Positions 9,067-16,705 of a DNA stretch of 64,000 nucleotides are shown here, one piece after another. The notes below the pieces were generated by a model, which saw only the letters and a program-made list of their open reading frames with translations, had not been told where the DNA came from and made no database searches. A program made the position numbers and the translations under genes. The stretch spans positions 21,239 through 85,238 of the forward strand of contig CAYVYJ010000005.1 of assembly GCA_964455085.1 (NCBI GenBank), in the 5' to 3' direction. Every line of letters begins with the position of its first letter. The stretch's first letter is position 1. The DNA is from an uncultured Planctomycetia bacterium (lineage in GTDB: Bacteria > Omnitrophota > Gorgyraeia > Duberdicusellales > 4484-171).

Positions 9067-9996
9067 CTAACGGGGTAAAAAAGATTGCGCGCACCTTTTG
9101 AGACTCTCCCTGGCCCGGAAAGGCGCCTTAAACCCTAAAGATCTTAGTCGCTCTAAACTGTAAACCCGATCCTTGGAGAAAAAATTGATTTTTCTACCCA
9201 GGAAAGGAAGATTTAATAAAAGCGGTTTTAACCAAGCAGGAATATTAAGAGGGGGCTTTACCCCTAGGGTTTCGGCAATGGTGTCGAAGAGATCACCGAC
9301 TGTTAAAACTTCATCGTCGCCAAGGAAGAAAGAACCTTCTAAGGCTTGGTCTTTATCTGCTAAAAAAATCATGGCCTCAACAATATTGCCCAGATAACCT
9401 AAATGTAACTTACTCTGGCCTCGATTGAGTAAAGGAAAAAGACGGTACTTAGTCAGAAAAAACAAGAATGGCATCAGGTGCGGTTCAGCTTCCCCATAGA
9501 CCATCGGCGGACGGACAATTATTGTCTTAAGCCCTGCCTCCCGATATTTAAGCACAATTTTTTCTGCTTCAATCTTAGACTGACCATAGGCATTTGTGGC
9601 CTTAAAGGGTAAACTTTCTGTTAGAGGAACTTGACTATTACCGCTTACTACAGCTACTGAGCTGGTATAGATGAATCTCTCAACTCCTAAACTCAGGGCT
9701 AATTCGCAGATATTTTGACTACCTAAAATATTTACCTTATAGAGGAGTTCCGGATTCTTATTTTCTACACAGGCAGCCAGATGATATAAATATTTGAACT
9801 TATAGTTGCGAAATTTGCTTAATGAGGCTTTTTGGGTAATATCAGCATAAATAAGCTTAACCCCGAAAGGCTCAAGAAGTTTGGCCTTGTGAGGATTTCT
9901 TACCAAACAAAAAATATTCCCCTGCCCCTTCTTAGACAACTCCTCTACCAGATATCTGCCGATAAAACCTGTGGCCCCGGTTATTAATATATTCAT
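9067..9996 (-). CDS. NAD-dependent epimerase/dehydratase (extended SDR)
   Basis: The Rossmann motif ILITGATGFIGRYL is present, and the length is about 309 aa. Confidence 0.75.
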   Translation of the reverse strand: MNILITGATGFIGRYLVEELSKKGQGNIFCLVRNPHKAKLLEPFGVKLIYADITQKASLSKFRNYKFKYLYHLAACVENKNPELLYKVNILGSQNICELALSLGVERFIYTSSVAVVSGNSQVPLTESLPFKATNAYGQSKIEAEKIVLKYREAGLKTIIVRPPMVYGEAEPHLMPFLFFLTKYRLFPLLNRGQSKLHLGYLGNIVEAMIFLADKDQALEGSFFLGDDEVLTVGDLFDTIAETLGVKPPLNIPAWLKPLLLNLPFLGRKINFFSKDRVYSLERLRSLGFKAPFRARESLKRCAQSFLPR

Positions 9997-10013
9997 CCCT
10001 TAACTACATTTAT

Positions 10014-10079
10014 CTGTTTAGGATTCGCCTAAACAGAGGAAGCCGGAAAGGAGCTGCTGTTTAGGCGAATCCTAAACAG
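10014..10079. repeat. Large inverted-repeat element. Its two 23-nt arms (ctgtttaggattcgcctaaacag and its reverse complement) are separated by a 20-nt spacer, and each arm is itself palindromic (tttagg-attcg-cctaaa).
   Basis: The architecture (arm, roughly 20-nt spacer beginning agg, arm) is the same as the element at 43089..43153. Confidence 0.6.
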
Positions 10080-10085
10080 GTCTTT

Positions 10086-11051
10086 CTATTGGTCGATCTT
10101 CTTAACTCTCGCAGCTAAGATAATCTCTATTATTCTTAAATCTTCTTCACTAATCTTCCAATCAGCACTACCTAAGTTATCATATAACTGAGCAAGCTTT
10201 CTGGTTCCCACAATAGCCGAGGTTATGCCTGGCTGGTTATAATTCCAATTCAATACTAGCTGAGCCAGAGTCTTTTTGTACTTATCAGCTATTGCTTTTA
10301 ATTTTAAGAGAGTACTCTTATTTATTGAAAACCGCGGCTCGGATAAATCTTCTCCCTTCATCTTACGATTGAGATCTTGAGGAATTTTTACTTTGCCAAA
10401 GAAAAACTTTCCGGTTAATAACCCGCTATATAAAGGAGCGTAAGCAATGATTCCCAGTGAATTTTCTAAACAATATGGTGCTATATCTTCCTCAATACTC
10501 CGCTCAAACATGCTATACTCTGGCTGTAGACAATGCAGCGGTGAGTACTTTTTAAATTCCTGGATTTGGGCTAAGGAATAGTTGCTTACCCCGATTGCTT
10601 TGATCAGGCCGTCCTGGTAAAATTTATACATTTGCTCAGCAGTTTCACCGATGGGAGTATTGGAATCAGGCCAATGTACCTGATAAAGATCAAAGTAATC
10701 AGTTTGAAGGCGCTTTCGGGAGATATCTAACTCTTCCCTCATCCGCTTGGAAGACAAATCATGTAAAATCTCCCTTCCACGCCAGCCCAGCCCCAACTTG
10801 GTGGCTAAAATTATATTCTTGCGCAGTTTACTCTTGGCAATAAATGAGCCGATAACTTCCTCAGAGCGTCCCCGGCCATATACCGGAGCAGTATCAATAA
10901 AATTTACTCCTCTCCTTACTGCTTCCTCTAATACCGCTAAAGAATCTTTATCTTCTTGATGCCCCCACCACCTATCTCCGCCAAATGCCCAAGTACCCAG
11001 GCAAATTACTGATACCTTAAGCGAAGAATTTCCTAACTGCCGATATTCCAT
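10086..11051 (-). CDS. Aldo/keto reductase
   Basis: The N-terminus YRQLGNSSLKVSVICLGTWAFGG and the length of 321 aa are typical. Confidence 0.85.
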   Translation of the reverse strand: MEYRQLGNSSLKVSVICLGTWAFGGDRWWGHQEDKDSLAVLEEAVRRGVNFIDTAPVYGRGRSEEVIGSFIAKSKLRKNIILATKLGLGWRGREILHDLSSKRMREELDISRKRLQTDYFDLYQVHWPDSNTPIGETAEQMYKFYQDGLIKAIGVSNYSLAQIQEFKKYSPLHCLQPEYSMFERSIEEDIAPYCLENSLGIIAYAPLYSGLLTGKFFFGKVKIPQDLNRKMKGEDLSEPRFSINKSTLLKLKAIADKYKKTLAQLVLNWNYNQPGITSAIVGTRKLAQLYDNLGSADWKISEEDLRIIEIILAARVKKIDQ

Positions 11052-11065
11052 AGGTTTCCCTCTTA

Positions 11066-12565
11066 TTAGAAATAAAGGTCACGGGCGCCCCGCTTAATCC
11101 GCTGATAATAACTTTTAAGCTTTGGGTAAATTTTTGGCATTGAAAACTTTATTGCCTCTAACTCATCTTTGATTACCTTCTCACCTTGCTTTTGAGTTTC
11201 CTCAGTAGCAAAATCATCCAGCCACTCTCTGAAGGTAAGTACCGCATTTAACTTACAAAGCTTTCCCTCTTCCCCGGTCTTTAAGAGTTCCATAATACAC
11301 TTGCCGGTTCTTCCGCAGCGGTAACCAGCCGTACAAAAAGAAGTAATATAGCCTAAAGAAGCTAACTCTCTTATTAGTTCGTCTAAACTGCGGGTATCAC
11401 CTAAGAAAAATTGCTGCCGCTGACCTTCCTGCTCAGCATAACAATCACTGTAAGCACCGATTCCAATCCGGGTCGAAGCATCAGTTTGAGTACAGCCTAA
11501 GGAAATAGTCTCTCTTCGTATTTGGGCACTTTCCCGGGCAGTAAGAATCATCCCGGCATGGGGTATAGCTAATCTGATAACTGTAATTAACTTTTTAAAA
11601 TCCTGATCACTAACTTTATAGCCTGACTCCTGGGTAAAGGGTGTATTAGCCGCTGGTTCAAGTCGCGGGAAAGAAATTGTATGGGGACCTACACCAAAAC
11701 GGTTCTCTAATTCCCGGGAATGCAGGAGAAGGCTTAAGACTTCGAACCGCCAATCGTAAAGACCGAAAAGAACACCAATACCGACATCATCGATTCCAGC
11801 CTCAAAGGCCCGATGCATACAATATAATCGCCACTGATAATCTGCCTTAAGCGTCCCTTGGGGATGAACTTCTTGGTAGGTCTGGGGATGATAAGTCTCC
11901 TGAAACACCTGATAAGTACCTATACCAGCCTGCTTAAGCTGCTTAAGATCTTCAGTTGATAAAGGCGCAGCATTAACATTAACCCGACGAATCTGGCCAT
12001 AGCCTTTTTTGGTCTTGGCCTTTACTCCATAAATTGTTTCAATAGTTGAAGCCATATAATCTATATCAGTCTGAGGATGTTCTCCGTAAACTACGATTAG
12101 ACGCTTATGTCCGATTTGACCAGCTAAAACCTCTGTCTCTCTTCTTACCTCATCCTGACTAAGGACTTTTCTCTGAACCTGTAAATTATCTCTTCTGAAC
12201 CCGCAGTAAAAACAATTATTTAGGCAAAGATTGCCGAGGTATAAAGGGGCAAAGGTAACAATTCGATTATCGTAGACCTTTTTTTTAACTTCTCCGGCAA
12301 CTTCGGCCATCTGGTCCCAAAGCTCTTTATCTTCAACTCTCAGCAAGGTTGCTGTCTGCTCCAAGGTCAGAGTCTGGATAGCTAAGGACTTAGCTAAGAT
12401 ATCCTTAACCTCTCCCTCTGAGACCTTTGATTTAGAGACTAAAGCCCGATTAATTGATTCCTGATCGATAAAGTGTCGACCCTGATTCAGGTATTTCTCT
12501 ATCTGAGCTGGTTTTATCTGCCTTTCGGCCCAGGAATCTAAACTAGTGGTCTTAATCTGCATCAA
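11066..12565 (-). CDS. hydG: [FeFe]-hydrogenase-type radical-SAM maturase HydG (tyrosine lyase family)
   Basis: 499 aa, longer than ThiH. The radical-SAM motif is CLNNCFYCGF. The C-terminal auxiliary-cluster region SFCTAGYRCGRTGKCIMELLKTGEEGKLCKLNAVLTFREWLDDFA resembles the HydG signature (CTAxYRxGRTG..FME...C.xNA). Confidence 0.8.
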   Translation of the reverse strand: MMQIKTTSLDSWAERQIKPAQIEKYLNQGRHFIDQESINRALVSKSKVSEGEVKDILAKSLAIQTLTLEQTATLLRVEDKELWDQMAEVAGEVKKKVYDNRIVTFAPLYLGNLCLNNCFYCGFRRDNLQVQRKVLSQDEVRRETEVLAGQIGHKRLIVVYGEHPQTDIDYMASTIETIYGVKAKTKKGYGQIRRVNVNAAPLSTEDLKQLKQAGIGTYQVFQETYHPQTYQEVHPQGTLKADYQWRLYCMHRAFEAGIDDVGIGVLFGLYDWRFEVLSLLLHSRELENRFGVGPHTISFPRLEPAANTPFTQESGYKVSDQDFKKLITVIRLAIPHAGMILTARESAQIRRETISLGCTQTDASTRIGIGAYSDCYAEQEGQRQQFFLGDTRSLDELIRELASLGYITSFCTAGYRCGRTGKCIMELLKTGEEGKLCKLNAVLTFREWLDDFATEETQKQGEKVIKDELEAIKFSMPKIYPKLKSYYQRIKRGARDLYF

Positions 12566-13221
12566 ATCACCCGATTTTTCTCCGCTCTTCGCTTAGTAAG
12601 AAAAATTAAGCTCTCCAGTTCCGAAGCCATATCCACATCCGATACCGATACAGTTTGAGGAACTTTCAGCACAATCGGTGCAAAATTTAAGATACCTTTT
12701 ATTCCTGATGAGACCAGTTCATCGGCAATCTTCTGAGCAACTTCCGGCGGTGTAGAAATTATGGCAATTTTAATATTTTCTTTTCTGATAATGCGCTGCA
12801 TCTGTTTTACATGGCTAATCTTTACCCCTTTCCTGGCTCTTCTAACTTTATCTTTGTCAATATCAAAGGCCAGAGTTATTTTAAGATTGAATTTGGAAAA
12901 CCCCTCAAAGCCTAAAAGAGCGCTTCCTAATCTTCCTATGCCTACTATAGCAATTCTCCGTTCTTGATCTAGGCCTAAGATAGTTTCAATCTCCTGGGCT
13001 AACCTTTCGACATTATAACCGACACCCCGCTTACCAAAACCACCAAAGAAAGAAAGATCCTTCCTGAACTGCGCCGGACTAACATTAAGAAATTTGGTCA
13101 GTTTAGCGGAAGATATAACATCAGTATTCTGAGCTTTTAACCGCTTTAAATTCCTCAGATAAATACTGAGACGCCTAATCGCCTCTAAGGAAAAATTATT
13201 TTTATTGTTTCGTTTCTTCAT
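12562..13221 (-). CDS. rex: Redox-sensing transcriptional repressor Rex
   Basis: It has an N-terminal wHTH and a C-terminal Rossmann motif IVGIGRLGSALL, and is 219 aa. Its stop overlaps the hydG start as ATGA, and its start overlaps the hydE end. Confidence 0.85.
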   Translation of the reverse strand: MKKRNNKNNFSLEAIRRLSIYLRNLKRLKAQNTDVISSAKLTKFLNVSPAQFRKDLSFFGGFGKRGVGYNVERLAQEIETILGLDQERRIAIVGIGRLGSALLGFEGFSKFNLKITLAFDIDKDKVRRARKGVKISHVKQMQRIIRKENIKIAIISTPPEVAQKIADELVSSGIKGILNFAPIVLKVPQTVSVSDVDMASELESLIFLTKRRAEKNRVI

Positions 13222-14533
13222 CGAGTAATTCCCTACTAACTCCTAAATCTGTAGGCGCCCGACCTAAAGATTTAAGCAAAGATATTGCTTCTTTAATCTG
13301 GATATTTATCAACTCCTTACTATGAGCCTTATTAGGATAAATTTCATAATGCTGGCGGTATTTAATCGGAGTAAGGTTAAGCATCAGGGAATTAGCGCCA
13401 GCTAACAACCCTTCTCTGCGGGCTGTAGGCATCACAGTCTCTAAGGCTGTAGTTATTAAAATCTTAGCTCTTTCTGGATCAATAAACCTTGCTAAAGCCA
13501 AGGTTTTTAAGACTAACTCTGGTGTAGGAGCCTTAAAGCTTCCCAAGGGGGATCTGGGATGGGGCAGGAAAGGTCCCAAGGAATACATCTCAGCTCCTAA
13601 GACTTTAGTCAAATAGATATCATTTATAATATCTTCGGCACTTTGGCCAGGTAGGCCAATAAGAGCCCCAGTCATAATCAAGTAGCCAATTTCAGCGGCT
13701 CGCCTAATATGGGCTAATCTGGTATCTAGTTTCTGTCCGGGATGAAGATCAGCATAAATTTTTGGATTAGAGGTTTCGAAACGCATAAGCATAGCTCTGG
13801 CTCCGGCCTGATAGAGAGTGTCTAGAGCCTCTAATCCTACTTCACCAAAACTGATACAGATTAACACCGCAACTCTTTCTTTAATTCTTCTGATAATTGA
13901 AGCTAATTCTTCAGCAGCCAAATAAGGATCCTCACCGCTCTGTAAGACCAAAGCCTGAAATCCATACTTCTCGACTGCCTCAGTAGCAGTATCAATTATT
14001 TCCTCAGGTCCCATCCGGTAACGCAGAAGTCCTTTATTATCGGCTGATATACCACAATAAGCGCATTGACGCTGGCAATGGTTAGAAATCTCGATTATCC
14101 CGTGAATACAGCAGGAATTTTTATGGTACTTCTGACGCAGGAAATTAGCTGATTTATAAATCAGCTTAAGCGATTGTTGATTATCTAAATTAATTAAGTA
14201 TAATAACTCCTCTTTTTTTAAAGAACGGTTTTCTAAAGCCTTGTCCAGGATAAGCCGTAGTTTCTTATCATCAACTCCTTTATCAAGATCCAGGCGCGAT
14301 AGCCGCAGATCAACATCCTGAAGTTGAAAGAAAAGTTCTTGCCAGGCTTCCAAGATTTCCTTTGCTTCATCTTCCTTAACCTTTTTTATCACAAATCCCC
14401 CCTGGGCACAGATATAATCCCCGCGATTAATATTATAAAACTCATTAATCGCTTTTTTTTCTTGGCCAAAGTAGTCAACAATGACTTGTTTACCTTTAAT
14501 ATCCTTTACCCTTCCGGGAATCGCATAACACAT
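13202..14533 (-). CDS. hydE: Fusion protein: N-terminal HypC/HupF-like domain of about 80 aa plus the radical-SAM maturase HydE
   Basis: The N-terminus MCYAIPGRVKDIKGKQVIVDYFG...GDYICAQGGFVIKKVKEDEAKEIL carries the HypC signature (MCxAIP, essential Cys2, VDFGG, GDYVLVHVGFA). Residues 140-443 align closely with HydE, through IIEISNHCQRQCAYCGISADNKGLLRYRM, VLQSGEDPY, RFETSNP and GLPGQ...GPFLPHP. Confidence 0.8.
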   Translation of the reverse strand: MCYAIPGRVKDIKGKQVIVDYFGQEKKAINEFYNINRGDYICAQGGFVIKKVKEDEAKEILEAWQELFFQLQDVDLRLSRLDLDKGVDDKKLRLILDKALENRSLKKEELLYLINLDNQQSLKLIYKSANFLRQKYHKNSCCIHGIIEISNHCQRQCAYCGISADNKGLLRYRMGPEEIIDTATEAVEKYGFQALVLQSGEDPYLAAEELASIIRRIKERVAVLICISFGEVGLEALDTLYQAGARAMLMRFETSNPKIYADLHPGQKLDTRLAHIRRAAEIGYLIMTGALIGLPGQSAEDIINDIYLTKVLGAEMYSLGPFLPHPRSPLGSFKAPTPELVLKTLALARFIDPERAKILITTALETVMPTARREGLLAGANSLMLNLTPIKYRQHYEIYPNKAHSKELINIQIKEAISLLKSLGRAPTDLGVSRELLDEETKQ

Positions 14534-14545
14534 CTTAGTTCTCCT

Positions 14546-14788
14546 CTATTCACAGTCAAATGCGACAACTTCAATTCTTAAACTAGGGAAGAAAATAATC
14601 TCCAGCTTTGCGTCTTTAAGAATAGTATTCTTAGCCAGTATGGCAAAGGTCTGGCGAAATGAATCTTCCTTAACGCCGGTAAGCTCTCCAATCTTAAGCT
14701 GAACCCGGGTTACGGTTTTTGCTCCTTCTTCTTCAGCATGTTTAGCTATCCCCTTGATGATCGGCACAATCAGATGAGTCTCATGCAT
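14546..14788 (-). CDS. hypA: HypA-like hydrogenase nickel-insertion protein, truncated to the N-terminal Ni-binding domain with no zinc finger
   Basis: It has the MHE N-terminus and a KIGELTGVKEDS core. The ORF ends ...AFDCE with a TAG stop exactly where the first CxxC of the HypA zinc site would begin. The hypC::hydE RBS and start follow 12 nt later. Confidence 0.65.
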   Translation of the reverse strand: MHETHLIVPIIKGIAKHAEEEGAKTVTRVQLKIGELTGVKEDSFRQTFAILAKNTILKDAKLEIIFFPSLRIEVVAFDCE

Positions 14789-15287
14789 TGGATGACTCCC
14801 TAATCAATCTTGCCACTTCCCCTAGGGTCTGCTTCAGGCTAGGTGAAAACTCAGACCCTAACTCGATTGTTTTCGGCTGAACCCCAAGCATATAAATACC
14901 AGCTTCAGTCTCCTTAGTTAAACATTCCATAAACATTGCCGGAGATATGTCATGGGTAGTAAATCCGCACTTTATGATATCATCTTTTTCTAAAATCTCA
15001 TACTCCCCGGGATCTCTTCCTAAATGCACGGCATCAATAATTAAAACTGTATCGGGTTTCTCTTTAATAATCTTACCGATATAATTCTCCGGTGCCGACC
15101 CAGCATCTAAACAAACTGCTTTAGTCTTCCCCTTTATCGCCTCAATAAGAACTGGTCCAAAACCATCGTCGCCGCGGATAATATTACCGATGCCGACAAT
15201 AACAACCTTTCCTTTGAGTATACTTTTCAATTTGTCTTTCATTGTGATTAAGTATTCAGAGTAGTTTCCCGACGGCATCTGGCGCAA
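14781..15287 (-). CDS. hycI: Hydrogenase maturation endopeptidase (HycI/HybD family)
   Basis: The motif VVIVGIGNIIRGDDGFGPVLIEAI is present and the length is 168 aa. Confidence 0.8.
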   Translation of the reverse strand: MRQMPSGNYSEYLITMKDKLKSILKGKVVIVGIGNIIRGDDGFGPVLIEAIKGKTKAVCLDAGSAPENYIGKIIKEKPDTVLIIDAVHLGRDPGEYEILEKDDIIKCGFTTHDISPAMFMECLTKETEAGIYMLGVQPKTIELGSEFSPSLKQTLGEVARLIRESSNA

Positions 15288-15856
15288 AGAATCTTTACCC
15301 GGTCAGAACGTCCCTGATCCTTTAGGACTGATATGATGTTCTCATCGACTATGCCCAGATTTTTTAGGCCGGCGAGATAAAGTGTGGGGCTGGAAAAACT
15401 GAGCTCACCAAGTCTCTGGTTAATCCAATTCAGGTGGTCAGAGCAAGCAATCGTCTCGCCGCAAATCTCACAAAGCTGCAGTTTCTTCTCGATCTGCTCT
15501 GAAGCTTCACTACGGTTAAAAAAGGAAAGTTCCCAATCACCGGATAACTTAATGCCCTGATTATCGGCAATACAAGCAGCTTGGCACTGGCCGCAGAATA
15601 TACAGGTATCAGTATAGTGAATCATAGCTCTGCGGGGGTTATCTTTATCATTAACGATATCAATATTACCAATTGCTTCTACCGGACAAACTTCTTTACA
15701 GGCCAGACAACCAACACATTTATCCTGATCAAATTTAGGTTGACCCCGAAAATTAGGATGAGCTTTGTGGGGCTCAATGGGAAACTTGGAAGTATAGGGA
15801 CCTTTTATAAGAGCTTTTATTGCTTCAATTAACTCTCTAATCTTGGGTAGTTTCAT
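15248..15856 (-). CDS. NuoI/HycF/MbhN-like 2x[4Fe-4S] subunit with an extra C-terminal Cys-rich tail
   Basis: Two cluster motifs are present, CVGCLACKEVCP and CIFCGQCQAAC. An additional CEICGETIACSDH...CARCRRE lies at the C-terminus. Confidence 0.75.
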   Translation of the reverse strand: MKLPKIRELIEAIKALIKGPYTSKFPIEPHKAHPNFRGQPKFDQDKCVGCLACKEVCPVEAIGNIDIVNDKDNPRRAMIHYTDTCIFCGQCQAACIADNQGIKLSGDWELSFFNRSEASEQIEKKLQLCEICGETIACSDHLNWINQRLGELSFSSPTLYLAGLKNLGIVDENIISVLKDQGRSDRVKILCARCRRETTLNT

Positions 15857-15889
15857 TCCACTTCTCGTTTATTTATAACTTACAACAGT

Positions 15890-16252
15890 TTAGGCCTCTC
15901 CCTCTTTATCTTCAAGATACTTATCAACAACACTCCTCTCCCAAAGTTTTACTCCCGACCGATGTGCGCCCCTGGCAATGGCATGGGCTGCAACCGGAGA
16001 AGTTAGTAGGAGAAAAATCATGCATAAGAGGGCTTTCATCCCGGCAGCTGTGGGACCAGCCACAAGAAAGGCCCCAAACAAAATACTACAGGTACCTAGA
16101 GTAACACACTTGGTAGCTGCCTGCAGACGGTTATAGACATCGGGAAGACGCACTAGGCCTAAGGCACCGATAAGATCAAAAACTAATCCTAAACTAATAA
16201 ATATTAAACCAAGAGAACTACTCATCAAAACTCCTTCCTTAAATGAGACCAC
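15890..16252 (-). CDS. mrpG: Mrp antiporter subunit G-like (MbhC-like)
   Basis: The MnhG-like sequence LIGALGLVRLPDVYNRLQAATK is present. The likely true start is MSSSLG at 16225, which follows AAGGAAGGAG. Confidence 0.7.
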   Translation of the reverse strand: MVSFKEGVLMSSSLGLIFISLGLVFDLIGALGLVRLPDVYNRLQAATKCVTLGTCSILFGAFLVAGPTAAGMKALLCMIFLLLTSPVAAHAIARGAHRSGVKLWERSVVDKYLEDKEGEA

Positions 16253-16340
16253 AATTTATGGAACGAAGTGAACATAAATTGTACGGTCGAATTTATCCTG
16301 AGCGAAGCGAAGGATCTTCTATTCATCAAAACTCCTTCCT
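16221..16340. repeat. 20-bp direct repeats (tcatcaaaactccttcctt) at 16221..16240 and 16321..16340 flank an 80-bp insert that contains a perfect 10-bp-stem hairpin at 16251..16282
   Basis: The repeated sequence encodes both the mrpF C-terminus plus stop and the mrpG RBS plus start. The insert forms the acaatttatg-N12-cataaattgt hairpin. Confidence 0.55.
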
Positions 16341-16705
16341 TCTAAATACTTGGAAAATGCTAAGGTGCTTATAAAACTCTGCAAGGCCCAGGCTATTCCA
16401 ATATCAATATACCAAGATCTCTTGGTAGAAATAGTCAACACTGCACATATTCCCACAACCATAATACCTAAAATATCAATAGCTACTATCCTATCAGCAC
16501 CAGTAGGCCCTTTACAAATACGATAAAGACAGAGAAGGCAAGCCAAAATAAGTATGTAGAGAGCGCGACCTAGGAAACCCAAATAAGGAAGGTCGGGACA
16601 AAAAAGGAAAGGAAGTGGCCGGATTATAATCATACCAACAATCCCGGTTAAAACAATTACTCCAATGAACCATGGCTTCTTTATCATCTTATCCCCTTTA
16701 ATCAA
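16319..16705 (-). CDS. mrpF: Mrp antiporter subunit F-like (MbhB-like)
   Basis: The MnhF-like core CLYRICKGPTGADRIVAIDILG is present. Confidence 0.7.
   Translation of the reverse strand: MIKGDKMIKKPWFIGVIVLTGIVGMIIIRPLPFLFCPDLPYLGFLGRALYILILACLLCLYRICKGPTGADRIVAIDILGIMVVGICAVLTISTKRSWYIDIGIAWALQSFISTLAFSKYLEGRSFDE

Noticed and set aside
10014-10079. CRISPR array as an explanation for the palindromic repeats (here and at 43067..43153, 681..704 and 55211..55234)
   Set aside because: The repeats are inverted, not direct, and occur as single or paired copies at scattered loci. They have no regular spacer periodicity and no cas genes nearby.
14546-14548. Stop codon of the truncated hypA as a possible selenocysteine read-through
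   Set aside because: The stop is TAG, not TGA, and the downstream frame does not continue into a zinc-finger-like sequence.
16253-16318. A small protein-coding gene in the mrpF-mrpG spacer
   Set aside because: No ORF with an RBS is present. The spacer is explained by the direct-repeat and hairpin insertion.
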